From NCBI RefSeq assembly GCF_009914755.1, contig NC_060925.1: 64,000 nucleotides of DNA. One strand, 5' to 3'. The stretch comes from the human T2T-CHM13v2.0 reference genome, Homo sapiens. The notes under the pieces are model-generated. The model saw only the letters and a program-made list of their open reading frames with translations, was not told the origin of the DNA and did no database searches. A program made the position numbers and the translations under genes. Shown in pieces: positions 43,601 to 59,200 of the stretch. Position 1 is the stretch's first letter, and the number at the start of each line of letters is the position of its first letter.

Positions 43601-46600
43601 AATGGTCTCGAATGGAATCATCTTCTAATGGAAAGGAATGGAATCATCGCATAGAATCGAATGGAATTATCATCGAATGGAATCGAATGGTATCAACACC
43701 AAACGGAAAAAAACGGAATTATCGAATGGAATCGAAGAGAATCTTCGAACGGACCCGAATGGAATCATCTAATGGAATGGAATGGAATAATCCATGGAGT
43801 CGAATGCAATCATCATCGAATGGAATCGAATGGAATCATCGAATGGACTCGAATGGAATAATCATTGAACGGAATCGAATGGAATCATCATCGGATGGAA
43901 ACGAATGGAATCATCATCGAATGGAAATGAAAGGAGTCATCATCTAATGGAATTGCATGGAATCATCATCAAATGGAATCGAATGGAATCAACATCAAAT
44001 GGAATCAAATGGAATCATTGAACGGAATTGAATGGAATCGTCATCGAATGAATTGAATGCAATCATCGAATGGTCTCGAATGGAATCATCTTCAAATGGA
44101 ATGGAATGGAATCATCGCATAGAATCGAATGGAATTATCATCGAATGGAATCGAATGGAATCAACATCAAACGGAAAAAAACGTAATTATCGAATGGAAT
44201 CGAAGAGAATCATCGAATGGACCCGAATGGAATCATCTAATGGAATGGAATGGAATAATCCATGGACTCGAATGCAATCATCATCGAATGGAATCGAATG
44301 GAATCATCGAATGGACTCGAATGGAATAATCATTGAACGGAATCGAATGGAATCATCATCGGATGGAAATGAATGGAATCATCATCGAATGGAATCGAAT
44401 AGAATTATGGAATGAAATCCAGTGTGATCATCATCGAATGGACACGAATGGAATCATCATCCAACGGAAGCTAATGGAATCAACATCGAATGAATCAAAT
44501 GGAAACACCATCGAATTGAAACGAATGGAATTACCATGAAATTGAAATGGATGGACTCATCATCAAATGGATTCGAGTGGAATCATCGAATAAAATTGAT
44601 TGAAATCATCATCGAATGGAATCGAATGGTATCATTGAATGGAATCGAATGGAATCATCATCAGATGGAAATGAAAGGAATCGTCATAGAATGGAATCGA
44701 ATGGATTCATTGAATGGAATCAGATGGAATCATTGAATGGACTGGAATGGAATCATTGAATGGACTCGAAAGGGATCATGATTGAATGGAATTGAATGGA
44801 ATCATCGAATGGTCTCGATTGGAATCATTATCAAATGGAATCGAATGGAATCACCGAATAGAATCGAATGGAACAATCATCTAATGGACTCAAATGGAAT
44901 TATAATCAAATGGAATCGAATGGAATTATCGAATGCAATCGAATGGAATTATCGAATGCAATCGAAGAGAATCATCGAATGGACTCGAATGGAATCATCG
45001 AATGGAATGGAATGGAACAGTCAATGAACTCGAATGGAATCATCATTGAATGGAATCGAATGGAATCATCGAGTGGAATCGAATGGAATTATGATCAAAT
45101 GGAATCGAATGTAATCATCATCAAATGGAATCAAAAATAACCATCATCAATTGGTATTGAATGGAATTCTCATCAAATGGAATTCAAAGGAATCATCATC
45201 AAATGGAACCGAATGGAATCCTCATTGAATGGAAATGAAAGAGGTCATCATCTAATGGAATCGCATGGAATCATCATCAAATGGAATCGAATGGAATCAA
45301 CATCAAATGGAATCTAATGGAATCATTGAACGGAATTGAATGGAATCGTCATCGAATGAATTGAATGCAATCATCGAATGGTCTCGAATGGAATCATCTT
45401 CAAATGGAATGGAATGGAATCATCGCATAGAATCGAATGGAATTATCATCGAATGGAATCGAATGGAATCAACATCAAACGGAAAAAAACGGAATTATCG
45501 AATGGAATCGAAGAGAATCTTCGAACGGACCCGAATGGAATCATCTAATGGAATGGAATGGAATAATCCATGGACTCGAATGCAATCATCATCGAATGGA
45601 ATCGAATGGAATCATCGAATGGACTCGAATGGAATAATCATTGAACGGAATCGAATGGAATCATCATCGGATGGAAACGAATGGAATCATCATCGAATGG
45701 AAATGAAAGGAGTCATCATCTAATGGAATTGCATGGAATCATCATAAAATGGAATCGAATGGAATCAACATCAAATGGAATCAAATGGAATCATTGAACG
45801 GAATTGAATGGAATCGTCATCGAATGAATTGAATGCAATCATCGAATGGTCTCGAATGGAATCATCTTCAAATGGAATGGAATGGAATCATCGCATAGAA
45901 TCGAATGGAATTATCATCGAATGGAATGGAATGGAATCAACATCAAACGGAAAAAAACGGAATTAACGAATGGAATCGAAGAGAATCATCGAATGGACCC
46001 GAATGGAATCATCTAATGGAATGGAATGGAATAATCCATGGACTCGAATGCAATCATCATCGAATGGAATCGAATGGAATCATCGAATGGACTCGAATGG
46101 AATAATCATTGAACGGAATCGAATGGAATCATCATCGGATGGAAATGAAAGGAGTCATCATCTAATGGAATTGCATGGAATCATCATAAAATGGAATCGA
46201 ATGGAATCAACATCAAATGGAATCAAATGGAATCATTGAACGGAATTGAATGGAATCGTCATCGAATGAATTGAAAGCAATCATCGAATGGTCTCGAATG
46301 GAATCATCTTCAAATGGAATGGAATGGAATCATCGCATAGAATCGAATGGAATTATCATCGAATGGAATCGAATGGAATCAACATCAAACGGAAAAAAAC
46401 GGAATTATCGAATGGAATCGAAGAGAATCATCGAATGGACCCGAATGGAATCATCTAATGGAATGGAATGGAATAATCCATGGACTCGAATGCAATCATC
46501 ATCGAATGGAATCGAATGGAATCATCGAATGGACTCGAATGGAATAATCATTGAACGGAATCGAATGGAATCATCATCGGATGGAAATGAATGGAATCAT

Positions 46601-49600
46601 CATCGAATGGAATCGAATAGAATTATGGAATGAAATCCAGTGTGATCATCATCGAATGGACCCGAATGGAATCATCATCCAACGGAAGCTAATGGAATCA
46701 ACATCGAATGAATCAAATGGAAACACCATCGAATTGAAACGAAAGGAATTACCATGAAATTGAAATGGATGGACTCATCATCGAATGGATTCGAATGGAA
46801 TCATCGAATAAAATTGATTGAAATCATCATCGAATGGAATCGAATGGTATCATTGAATGGAATCGAATGGAATCATCATGAGATGGAAATGAATGGAATC
46901 GTCATAGAATGGAATCGAATGGATTAATTGAATGGAATCAGATGGAATCATCGAATGGACTGGAATGGAATCATTGAATGGACTCGAAAGGGATCATTAT
47001 TGAATGGAATTGAATGGAATCATCGAATGGTCTCGATTGGAATCATTATCAAATGGAATCGAATGGAATCACCGAATAGAATCGAATGGAACAATCATCG
47101 AATGGACACAAATGGAATTATCCTCAAATGGAATCGAATGGAATTATCGAATGCAATCGAATGGAATTATCGAATGCAATCGAATAGAATCATCGAATGG
47201 ACTCGAATGGAATCATCGAATGGAATGGAATGGAACAGTCAATGAACTCGAATGGAATCATCATTGAATGGAATCGAATGGAATCATCGAGTGGAATCGA
47301 ATGTAATCATCATCAAATGGAATCAAAAATAACCATCATCAAATGGAATCAAAAATAACCATCATCAATTGGTAGTGAATGGAATTCTCATCAAATGGAA
47401 TTCAAAGGAATCATCATCAAATGGAACCGAATGGAATCCTCATTGAATGGAAATGAAAGGGGTTATCATCTAATGGAATCGCATGGAATCATCATAAAAT
47501 GGAATCGAATGGAATCAACATCAAATGGAATCAAATGGAATCATTGAACGGAATTGAATGGAATCGTCATCGAATGAATTGAATGCAATCATCGAATGGT
47601 CTTGAATGGAATCATCTTCAAATGGAATGGAATGGAATCAGCACATAGAATCGAATGGAATTATCATCGAATGGAATCGAATGGAATCAACATCAAACGG
47701 AAAAAAACGGAATTATCGAATGCAATCGAAGAGAATCATCGAATGGACCCGAATGGAATCATCTAATGGAATGGAATGGAATAATCCATGGACTCGAATG
47801 CAATCATCATCGAATGGAATCGAATGGAATCATCGAATGGACTCGAATGGAATAATCATTGAACGGAATCGAATGGAATCATCATCGGATGGAAACGAAT
47901 GGAATCATCATCGAATGGAATCAAATAGAATTATGGAATGAAATCCAGTGTGATCATCATCGAATGGACCCGAATGGAATCATCATCCAACGGAAGCTAA
48001 TGGAATCAACATCGAATGAATCAAATGGAAACACCATCGAATTGAAACGAATGGAATTACCATGAAATTGAAATGGATGGACTCATCATCAAATGGATTC
48101 GAATGGATTCATCAAATAAAATTGATTGAAATCATCATCGAATGGAATCGAATGGTATCATTGAATGGAATCGAATGGAATCATCATCAGATGGAAATGA
48201 ATGGAATCGTCATAGAATGGAATCGAATGGATTCATTGAATGGAATCAGATGGAATCATTGAATGGACTGGAATGGAATCATTGAATGGACTCGAAAGGG
48301 ATCATGATTGAATGGAATTGAATGGAATCATCGAATGGTCTCGATTGGAATCATTATCAAATGGAATCGAATGGAATCACCGAATAGAATCGAATGGAAC
48401 AATCATCGAATGGACTCAAATGGAATTATCCTCCAATGGAATCGAATGGAATTATCGAATGCAATCGAATGGAATTATCGAATGCAATCGAATAGAATCA
48501 TCGAATGGACTCGAATGGAATCATCGAATGGAATGGAATGGAACAGTCAATGAACTCGAATGGAATCATCATTGAATGGAATCGAATGGAATCATCGAGT
48601 GGAATCGAAAGGAATTATGACCAAATGGAATCGAATGTAATCATCATCAAATGGAATCAAAAATAACCATCATCAATTGGTATTGAATGGAATTGTCATC
48701 AAATGGAATTCAAAGGAATCATCATCAAATGGAACCGAATGGAATCCTCATTGAATGGAAATGAAAGGGGTCATCATCTAATGGAATCGCATGGAATCAT
48801 CATCAAATGGAATCGAATGGAATCATCATCAAATGGAATCAAATGGAATCATTGAACAGAATTGAATGGAATGGTCATCGAATGAGTTGAATGCAATCAT
48901 CGAATGGTCTCGAATGGAATCATCTTCTAATGGAAAGGAATGGAATCATCGCATAGAATCGAATGGAATTATCATCGAATGGAATCGAATGGTATCAACA
49001 CCAAACGGAAAAAAACGGAATTATCGAATGGAATCGAAGAGAATCTTCGAACGGACCCGAATGGAATCATCTAATGGAATGGAATGGAATAATCCATGGA
49101 CTCGAATGCAATCATCATCGAATGGAATCGAATGGAATCATCGAATGGACTCGAATGGAATAATCATTGAACGGAATCGAATGGAATCATCATCGGATGG
49201 AAACGAATGGAATCATCATCGAATGGAAATGAAAGGAGTCATCATCTAATGGAATTGCATGGAATCATCATAAAATGGAATCGAATGGAATCAACATCAA
49301 ATGGAATCAAATGGAATCATTGAACGGAATTGAATGGAATCGTCATCGAATGAATTGAATGCAATCATCGAATGGTCTCGAATGGAATCATCTTCAAATG
49401 GAATGGAATGGAATCATCGCATAGAATCGAATGGAATTATCATCGAACGGAATCGAATGGAATCAACATCAAACGGAAAAAAACGGAATTATCGAATGGA
49501 ATCGAAGAGAATCATCGAATGGACCCGAATGGAATCATCTAATGGAATGGAATGGAATAATCCATGGACTCGAATGCAATCATCATCGAATGGAATCGAA

Positions 49601-52600
49601 TGGAATCATCGAATGGACTCGAATGGAATAATCTTTGAACGGAATCGAATGGAATCATCATCGGATGGAAACGAATGGAATCATCATCGAATGGAAATGA
49701 AAGGAGTCATCATCTAATGGAATTGCATGGAATCATCATAAAATGGAATCGAATGGAATCATCATCAAATGGAATCAAATGGAATCATTGAACGGAATTG
49801 AATGGAATCGTCATCGAATGAATTGAATGCAATCATCGAATGGTCTCGAATGGAATCATCTTCAAATGGAATGGAATGGAATCATCGCATAGAATCGAAT
49901 GGAATTATCATCGAATGGAATCGAATGGTATCAACATCAAACGGAAAAAAATGGAATTATCGAATGGAATCAAAGAGAATCTTCGAACGGACCCGAATGG
50001 AATCATCTAATGGAATGGAATGGAATAATCCATGGACTCGAATGCAATCATCATCGAATGGAATCGAATGGAATCATTGAAAGGACTCGTATGGAATAAT
50101 CATTGAACGGAATCGAATGGAATCATCATCGGATGGAAATGAATGGAATCATCATCGAATGGAATCGAATAGAATTATGGAATGAAATCCAGTGTGATCA
50201 TCATCGAATGGACCCGAATGGAATCATCATCCAACGGAAGCTAATGGAATCAACATCGAATGAATCAAATGGAAACACCATCGAATTGAAACGAATGGAA
50301 TTACCATGAAATTGAAATGGATGGACTCATCATCGAATGGATTCGAATGGAATCATCGAATAAAATTGATTGAAATCATCATCAAATGGAATCGAATGGT
50401 AGCATTGAATGGAATCGAATGGAATCATCATCAGATGGAAATGAATGGAATCGTCATAGAATGGAATCGAATGGATTAATTGAATGGAATCAGATGGAAT
50501 CATCGAATGGACTGGAATGGAATCATTGAATGGACTCGAAAGGGATCATTATTGAATGGAATTGAATGGAATCATCGAATGGTCTCGATTGGAATCATTA
50601 TCAAATGGAATCGAATGGAATCACCGAATAGAATCGAATGGAACAATCATCGAATGGACACAAATGGAATTATCCTCAAATGGAATCGAATGGAATTATC
50701 GAATGCAATCGAATGGAATTATCGAATGCAATCGAATAGAATCATCGAATGGACTCGAATGGAATCATCGAATGGATTGGAATGGAACAGTCAATGAACT
50801 CGAATGGAATCATCATTGAATGGAATCGAATGGAATCATCGAGTGGAATCGAACGTAATCATCATCAAATGGAATCAAAAATAACCATCATCAAATGGAA
50901 TCAAAAATAACCATCATCAATTGATATTGAATGGAATTCTCATCAAATGGAATTCAAAGGAATCATCATCAAATGGAACCGAATGGAATCCTCATTGAAT
51001 GGAAATGAAAGGGGTTATCATCTAATGGAATCGCATGGAATCATCATAAAATGGAATCGAATGGAATCAACATCAAATGGAATCAAATGGAATCATTGAA
51101 CGGAATTGAATGGAATCGTCATCGAATGAATTGAATGCAATCATCGAATGGTCTCGAATGGAATCATCTTCAAATGGAATGGAATGGAATCATCACATAG
51201 AATCGAATGGAATTATCATCGAATGGAATCGAATGGAATCAACATCAAACGGAAAAAAACGGAATTATCGAATGCAATCGAAGAGAATCATCGAATGGAC
51301 CCGAATGGAATCATCTAATGGAATGGAATGGAATAATCCATGGACTCGAATGCAATCATCATCGAATGGAATCGAATGGAATCATCGAATGGACTCGAAT
51401 GGAATAATCATTGAACGGAATCGAATGGAATCATCATCGGATGGAAACGAATGGAATCATCATCGAATGGAATCAAATAGAATTATGGAATGAAATCCAC
51501 TGTGATCATCATCGAATGGACCGGAATGGAATCATCATCCAACGGAAGCTAATGGAATCAACATCGAATGAATCACATGGAAACACCATCGAATTGAAAC
51601 GAATGGAATTACCATGAAATTGAAATGGATGGACTCATCATCAAATGGATTCGAATGGATTCATCAAATAAAATTGATTGAAATCATCATCGAATGGAAT
51701 CGAATGGTATCATTGAATGGAATCGAATGGAATCATCATCAGATGGAAATGAATGGAATCGTTATAGAATGGAATCGAATGGATTCATTGAATGGAATCA
51801 GATGGAATCATTGAATGGACTGGAATGGAATCATTGAATGGACTCGAAAGGGATCATTATTGAATGGAATTGAATGGAATCATCGAATGGTCTCGATTGG
51901 AATCATTATCAAATGGAATCGAATGGAATCACCGAATAGAATCGAATGGAACAATCATCGAATGGACTCAAATGGAATTATCCTCCAATGGAATCGAATG
52001 GAATTATCGAATGCAATCGAATGGAATTATCGAATGCAATCGAATAGAATCATCGAATGGACTCGAATGGAATCATCGAATGGAATGGAATGGAACAGTC
52101 AATGAACTCGAATGGAATCATCATTGAATGGAATCGAATGGAATCATCGAGTGGAATCGAAAGGAATTATGACCAAATGGAATCGAATGTAATCATCATC
52201 AAATGGAATCAAAAATAACCATCATCAATTGGTATTGAATGGAATTGTCATCAAATGGAATTCAAAGGAATCATCATCAAATGGAACCGAATGGAATCCT
52301 CATTGAATGGAAATGAAAGGGGTCATCATCTAATGGAATCGCATGGAATCATCATCAAATGGAATCGAATGGAATCATCATCAAATGGAATCAAATGGAA
52401 TCATTGAACAGAATTGAATGGAACGGTCATCGAATGAGTTGAATGCAATCATCGAATGGTCTCGAATGGAATCATCTTCTAATGGAAAGGAATGGAATCA
52501 TCGCATAGAATCGAATGGAATTATCATCGAATGGAATCGAATGGTATCAACACCAAACGGAAAAAAACGGAATTATCGAATGGAATCGAAGAGAATCTTC

Positions 52601-55600
52601 GAACGGACCCGAATGGAATCATCTAATGGAATGGAATGGAATAATCCATGGACTCGAATGCAATCATCATCGAATGGAATCGAATGGAATCATCGAATGG
52701 ACTCGAATGGAATAATCATTGAACGGAATCGAATGGAATCATCATCGGATGGAAACGAATGGAATCATCATCGAATGGAAATGAAAGGAGTCATCATCTA
52801 ATGGAATTGCATGGAATCATCATAAAATGGAATCGAATGGAATCAACATCAAATGGAATCAAATGGAATCATTGAACGGAATTGAATGGAATCGTCATCG
52901 AATGAATTGACTGCAATCATCCAATGGTCGCGAATGGAATCATCTTCAAATGGAATGGAATGGAATCATCGCATAGAATCGAATGGAATTATCATCGAAT
53001 GGAATCGAATGGAATCAACATCAAACGGAAAAAAACGGAATTATCGAATGGAATCGAAGAGAATCATCGAATGGACCCGAATGGAATCATCTAATGGAAT
53101 GGAATGGAATAATCCATGGACTCGAATGCAATCATCATCGAATGGAATCGAATGGAATCATCGAATGGACTCGAATGGAATAATCATTGAACGGAATCGA
53201 ATGGAATCATCATCGGATGGAAACGAATGGAATCATCATCGAATGGAAATGAAAGGAGTCATCATCTAATGGAATTGCATGGAATCATCATAAAATGGAA
53301 TCGAATGGAATCATCATCAAATGGAATCAAATGGAATCATTGAACGGAATTGAATGGAATCGTCATCGAATGAATTGAATGCAATCATCGAATGGTCTCG
53401 AATGGAATCATCTTCACATGGAATGGAATGGAATCATCGCATAGAATCGAATGGAATTATCATCGAATGGAATCGAATGGTATCAACATCAAACGGAAAA
53501 AAACGGAATTATCGAATGGAATCAAAGAGAATCTTCGAACGGACCCGAATGGAATCATCTAATGGAATGGAATGGAATAATCCATGGACTCGAATGCAAT
53601 CATCATCGAATGGAATCGAATGGAATCATTGAAAGGACTCGAATGGAATAATCATTGAACGGAATCGAATGGAATCATCATCGGATGGAAATGAATGGAA
53701 TCATCATCGAATGGAATCGAATAGAATTATGGAATGAAATCCAGTGTGATCATCATCGAATGGACCCGAATGGAATCATCATCCAACGGAAGCTAATGGA
53801 ATCAACATCCAATGAATCGAATGGAAACACCATCGAATTGAAACGAATGGAATTATCATGAAATTGAAATGGATGGACTCATCATCGAATGGATTCGAAT
53901 GGAATCATCGAATAAAATTGATTGAAATCATCATCGAATGGAATCGAATGGTATCATTGAATGGAATCGAATGGAATCATCATCAGATGGAAATGAATGG
54001 AATCGTCATAGAATGGAATCGAATGGATTCATTGAATGGAATCAGATGGAATCATCGAATGGACTGGAATGGAATCATTGAATGGACTCGAAAGGGATCA
54101 TTATTGAATGGAATTGAATGGAATCATCGAATGGTCTCGATTGGAATCATTATCAAATGGAATCGAATGGAATCACCGAATAGAATCGAATGGAACAATC
54201 ATCGAATGGACTCAAATGGAATTATCCTCAAATAGAATCGAATGGAATTATCGAATGCAATCGAATGGAATTATCGAATGCAATCGAAAAGAATCATCGA
54301 ATGGACTCGAATGGAATCATCGAATGGAATGGAATGGAACAGTCAATAAACTCGAATGGAATCATCATTGAATGGAATCGAATGGAATCATCGAGTGGAA
54401 TCGAATGGAATTATGATCAAATGGAATCGAATGTAATCATCATCAAATGGAATCAAAAATAACCATCATCAATTGGTATTGAATGGAATTGTCATCAAAT
54501 GGAATTCAAAGGAATCATCATCAAATGGAACCGAATGGAATCCTCATTGAATGGAAATGAAAGGGGTCATCATCTAATGGAATCGCATGGAATCATCATC
54601 AAACGGAATCGAATGGAATCATCATCAAATGGAATCGAATGGAATCATTGAAAGAATTGAATGGAATCATCATCGAATGAATTGAATGCAATCATCGAAT
54701 GGTCTCGAATGGAATCATCTTCTAATGGAAAGGAATGGAATCATCGCATAGAATCGAATGGAATTATCATCGAATGGAATCGAATGGTATCAACACCAAA
54801 CGGAAAAAAACGGAATTATCGAATGGAATCGAAGAGAATCTTCGAACGGACCCGAATGGAATCATCTAATGGAATGGAATGGAATAATCCATGGAGTCGA
54901 ATGCAATCATCATCGAATGGAATCGAATGGAATCATCGAATGGACTCGAATGGAATAATCATTGAACGGAATCGAATGGAATCATCATCGGATGGAAACG
55001 AATGGAATCATCATCGAATGGAAATGAAAGGAGTCATCATCTAATGGAATTGCATGGAATCATCATAAAATGGAATCGAATGGAATCAACATCAAATGGA
55101 ATCAAATGGAATCATTGAACGGAATTGAATGGAATCGTCATCGAATGAATTGAATGCAATCATCGAATGGTCTCGAATGGAATCATCTTCAAATGGAATG
55201 GAATGGAATCATCGCATAGAATCGAATGGAATTATCATCGAATGGAATCGAATGGAATCAACATCAAACGGAAAAAAACGGAATTATCGAATGGAATCGA
55301 AGAGAATCATCGAATGGACCCGAATGGAATCATCTAATGGAATGGAATGGAATAATCCATGGACTCGAATGCAATCATCATCGAATGGAATCGAATGGAA
55401 TCATCGAATGGACTCGAATGGAATAATCATTGAACGGAATCGAATGGAATCATCATCGGATGGAAATGAATGGAATCATCATCGAATGTAATCGAATAGA
55501 ATTATGGAATGAAATCCAGTGTGATCATCATCGAATGGACCCGAATGGAATCATCATCCAACGGAAGCTAATGGAATCAACATCGAATGAATCAAATGGA

Positions 55601-56276
55601 AACACCATCGAATTGAAACGAATGGAATTACCATGAAATTGAAATGGATGGACTCATCCTCAAATGGATTCGAGTGGAATCATCAAATAAAATTGATTGA
55701 AATCATCATCGAATGGAATCGAATGGTATCATTGAATGGAATCGAATGGAATCATCATCAGATGGAAATGAAAGGAATCGTCATAGAATGGAATCGAATG
55801 GATTCATTGAATGGAATCAGATGGAATCATTGAATGGACTGGAATGGAATCATTGAATGGACTCGAAAGGGATCATTATTGAATGGAATTGAATGGAATC
55901 ATCGAATGGTCTCGATTGGAATCATTATCAAATGGAATCGAATGGAATCACCAAATAGAATCGAATGGAACAATCATCGAATGGACTCAAATGGAATTAT
56001 CCTCAAATGGAATTGAATGGAATTATCGAATGCAATCGAATGGAATTATCGAATGCAATCGAATAGAATCATCGAATGGACTCGAATGGAATCATCGAAT
56101 GGAATGGAATGGAACAGTCAATGAACTCGAATGGAATCATCATTGAATGGAATCGAATGGAATCATCGAGTGGAATCGAATGTAATCATCATCAAATGGA
56201 ATCAAAAATAACCATCATCAAATGGAATCAAAAATAACCATCATCAATTGGTATTGAATGGAATTCTCATCAAATG
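37635..56276 (+). repeat. Domain 2: mixed units of 2218, 1308, 2244, 1775, 2218, 1308, 2244, 1308, 2244 and 1775 bp
   Basis: Main EcoRI anchors at 37635, 39853, 41161, 43405, 45180, 47398, 48706, 50950, 52258, 54502 and 56277; module starts are spaced by 468, 442, 1308 or 1307. Confidence 0.88.
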
Positions 56277-59200
56277 GAATTCAAAGGAATCATCATCAAA
56301 TGGAACCGAATGGAATCCTCATTGAATGGAAATGAAAGGGGTCATCATCTAATGGAATCGCATGGAATCATCATCAAATGGAATCGAATGGAATCAACAT
56401 CAAATGGAATCAAATGGAATCATTGAACGGAATTGAATGGAATCGTCATCGAATGAATTGAATGCAATCATCGAATGGTCTCGAATGGAATCATCTTCAA
56501 ATGGAATGGAATGGAATCATCGCATAGAATCGAATGGAATTTTCATCGAATGGAATCGAATGGAATCAACATCAAACGGAAAAAAACGGAATTATCGAAT
56601 GGAATCGAAGAGAATCATCGAATGGACCCGAATGGAATCATCTAATGGAATGGAATGGAATAATCCATGGACTCGAATGCAATCATCATCGAATGGAATC
56701 GAATGGAATCATCGAATGGACTCGAATGGAATAATCATTGAACGGAATCGAATGGAATCATCATCGGATGGAAATGAATGGAATCATCATCGAATGGAAT
56801 CGAATAGAATTATGGAATGAAATCCAGTGTGATCATCATCGAATGGACCCGAATGGAATCATCATCCAACGGAAGCTAATGGAATCAACATCGAATGAAT
56901 CAAATGGAAACACCATCGAATTGAAACGAATGGAATTACCATGAAATTGAAATGGATGGACTCATCCTCAAATGGATTCGAGTGGAATCATCGAATAAAA
57001 TTGATTGAAATCATCATCGAATGGAATCGAATGGTATCATTGAATGGAATCGAATGGAATCATCATCAGATGGAAATGAAAGGAATCGTCATAGAATGGA
57101 ATCGAATGGATTCATTGAATGGAATCAGATGGAATCATTGAATGGACTGGAATGGAATCATTGAATGGACTCGAAAGGGATCATGATTGAATGGAATTGA
57201 ATGGAATCATCGAATGGTCTCGATTGGAATCATTATCAAATGGAATCGAATGGAATCACCGAATAGAATCGAATGGAACAATCATCGAATGGACTCAAAT
57301 GGAATTATCCTCAAATGGAATTGAATGGAATTATCGAATGCAATCGAATGGAATTATCGAATGCAATCGAATAGAATCATCGAATGGACTCGAATGGAAT
57401 CATCGAATGGAATGGAATGGAACAGTCAATGAACTCGAATGGAATCATCATTGAATGGAATCGAATGGAATCATCGAGTGGAATCGAATGTAATCATCAT
57501 CAAATGGAATCAAAAATAACCATCATCAAATGGAATCAAAAATAACCATCATCAATTGCTATTGAATGGAATTCTCATCAAATGGAATTCAAAGGAATCA
57601 TCATCAAATGGAACCGAATGGAATCCTCATTGAATGGAAATGAAAGGGGTCTTCATCTAATGGAATCGCATGGAATCATCATAAAATGGAATCGAATGGA
57701 ATCAACATCAAATGGAATCAAATGGAATCATTGAACGGAATTGAATGGAATCGTCATCGAATGAATTGAATGCAATCATCGAATGGTCTCGAATGGAATC
57801 ATCTTCAAATGGAATGGAATGGAATCATCGCATAGAATCGAAAGGAATTATCATCGAATGGAATCGAATGGAATCAACAGCAAACGGAAAAAAACGGAAT
57901 TATCGAATGGAATCGAAGAGAATCATCGAATGGACCCGAATGGAATCATCTAATGGAATGGAATGGAATAATCCATGGACTCGAATGCAATCATCATCGA
58001 ATGGAATCGAATGGAATCATCCAATGGACTCGAATGGAATAATCATTGAACGGAATCGAATGGAATCATCATCGGATGGAAATGAATGGAATCATCATCG
58101 AATGGAATCGAATAGAATTATGGAATGAAATCCAGTGTGATCATCATCGAATGGACCCGAATGGAATCATCATCCAACAGATGCTAATGGAATCAACATC
58201 GAATGAATCAAATGGAAACACCATCGAATTGAAACGAATGGAATTACCATGAAATTGAAATGGATGGACTCATCATCGAATGGATTCGAAAGGAATCATC
58301 GAATAAAATTGATTGAAATCATCATCGAATGGAATCGAATGGTATCATTGAATGGAATCGAATGGAATCATCATCAGATGGAAATGAATGGAATCGTCAT
58401 AGAATGGAATCGAATGGATTCATTGAATGGAATCAGATGGAATCATCGAATGGACTGGAATGGAATCATTGAATGGACTCGAAAGGGATCATTATTGAAT
58501 GGAATTGAATGGAATCATCGAATGGTCTCGATTGGAATCATTATAAAATGGAATCGAATGGAATCACCGAATAGAATCGAATGGAACAATCATCGAATGG
58601 ACTCAAATGGAATTATCCTCAAATGGAATTGAATGGAATTATCGAATGCAATCGAATGGAATTATCGAATGCAATCGAATAGAATCATCGAATGGACTCG
58701 AATGGAATCATCGAATGGAATGGAATGGAACAGTCAATGAACTCGAATGGAATCATCATTGAATGGAATCGAATGGAATCATCGAGTGGAATCGAATGTA
58801 ATCATCATCAAATGGAATCAAAAATAACCATCATCAAATGGAATCAAAAATAACCATCATCAATTGGTATTGAATGGAATTCTCATCAAATGGAATTCAA
58901 AGGAATCATCATCAAATGGAACCGAATGGAATCCTCATTGAATGGAAATGAAAGGGGTCATCATCTAATGGAATCGCATGGAATCATCATCAAATGGAAT
59001 CGAATGGAATCAACATCAAATGGAATCAAATGGAATCATTGAACGGAATTGAATGGAATCGTCATTGAATGAATTGAATACAATCATCGAATGGTCTCGA
59101 ATGGAATCATCTTCAAATGGAATGGAATGGAATCATCGCATAGAATCGAATGGAATTTTCATCGAATGGAATCGAATGGAATCAACATCAAACGGAAAAA

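Noticed and set aside
37635-56276. Duplicated blocks as pure assembly artefacts
   Set aside because: The copies differ by private substitutions (e.g. GGAAGCATC near 38533, ATCCACTGTG near 51495, CTTCACATG near 53412), which argues for real duplications. Read-level confirmation is still needed.
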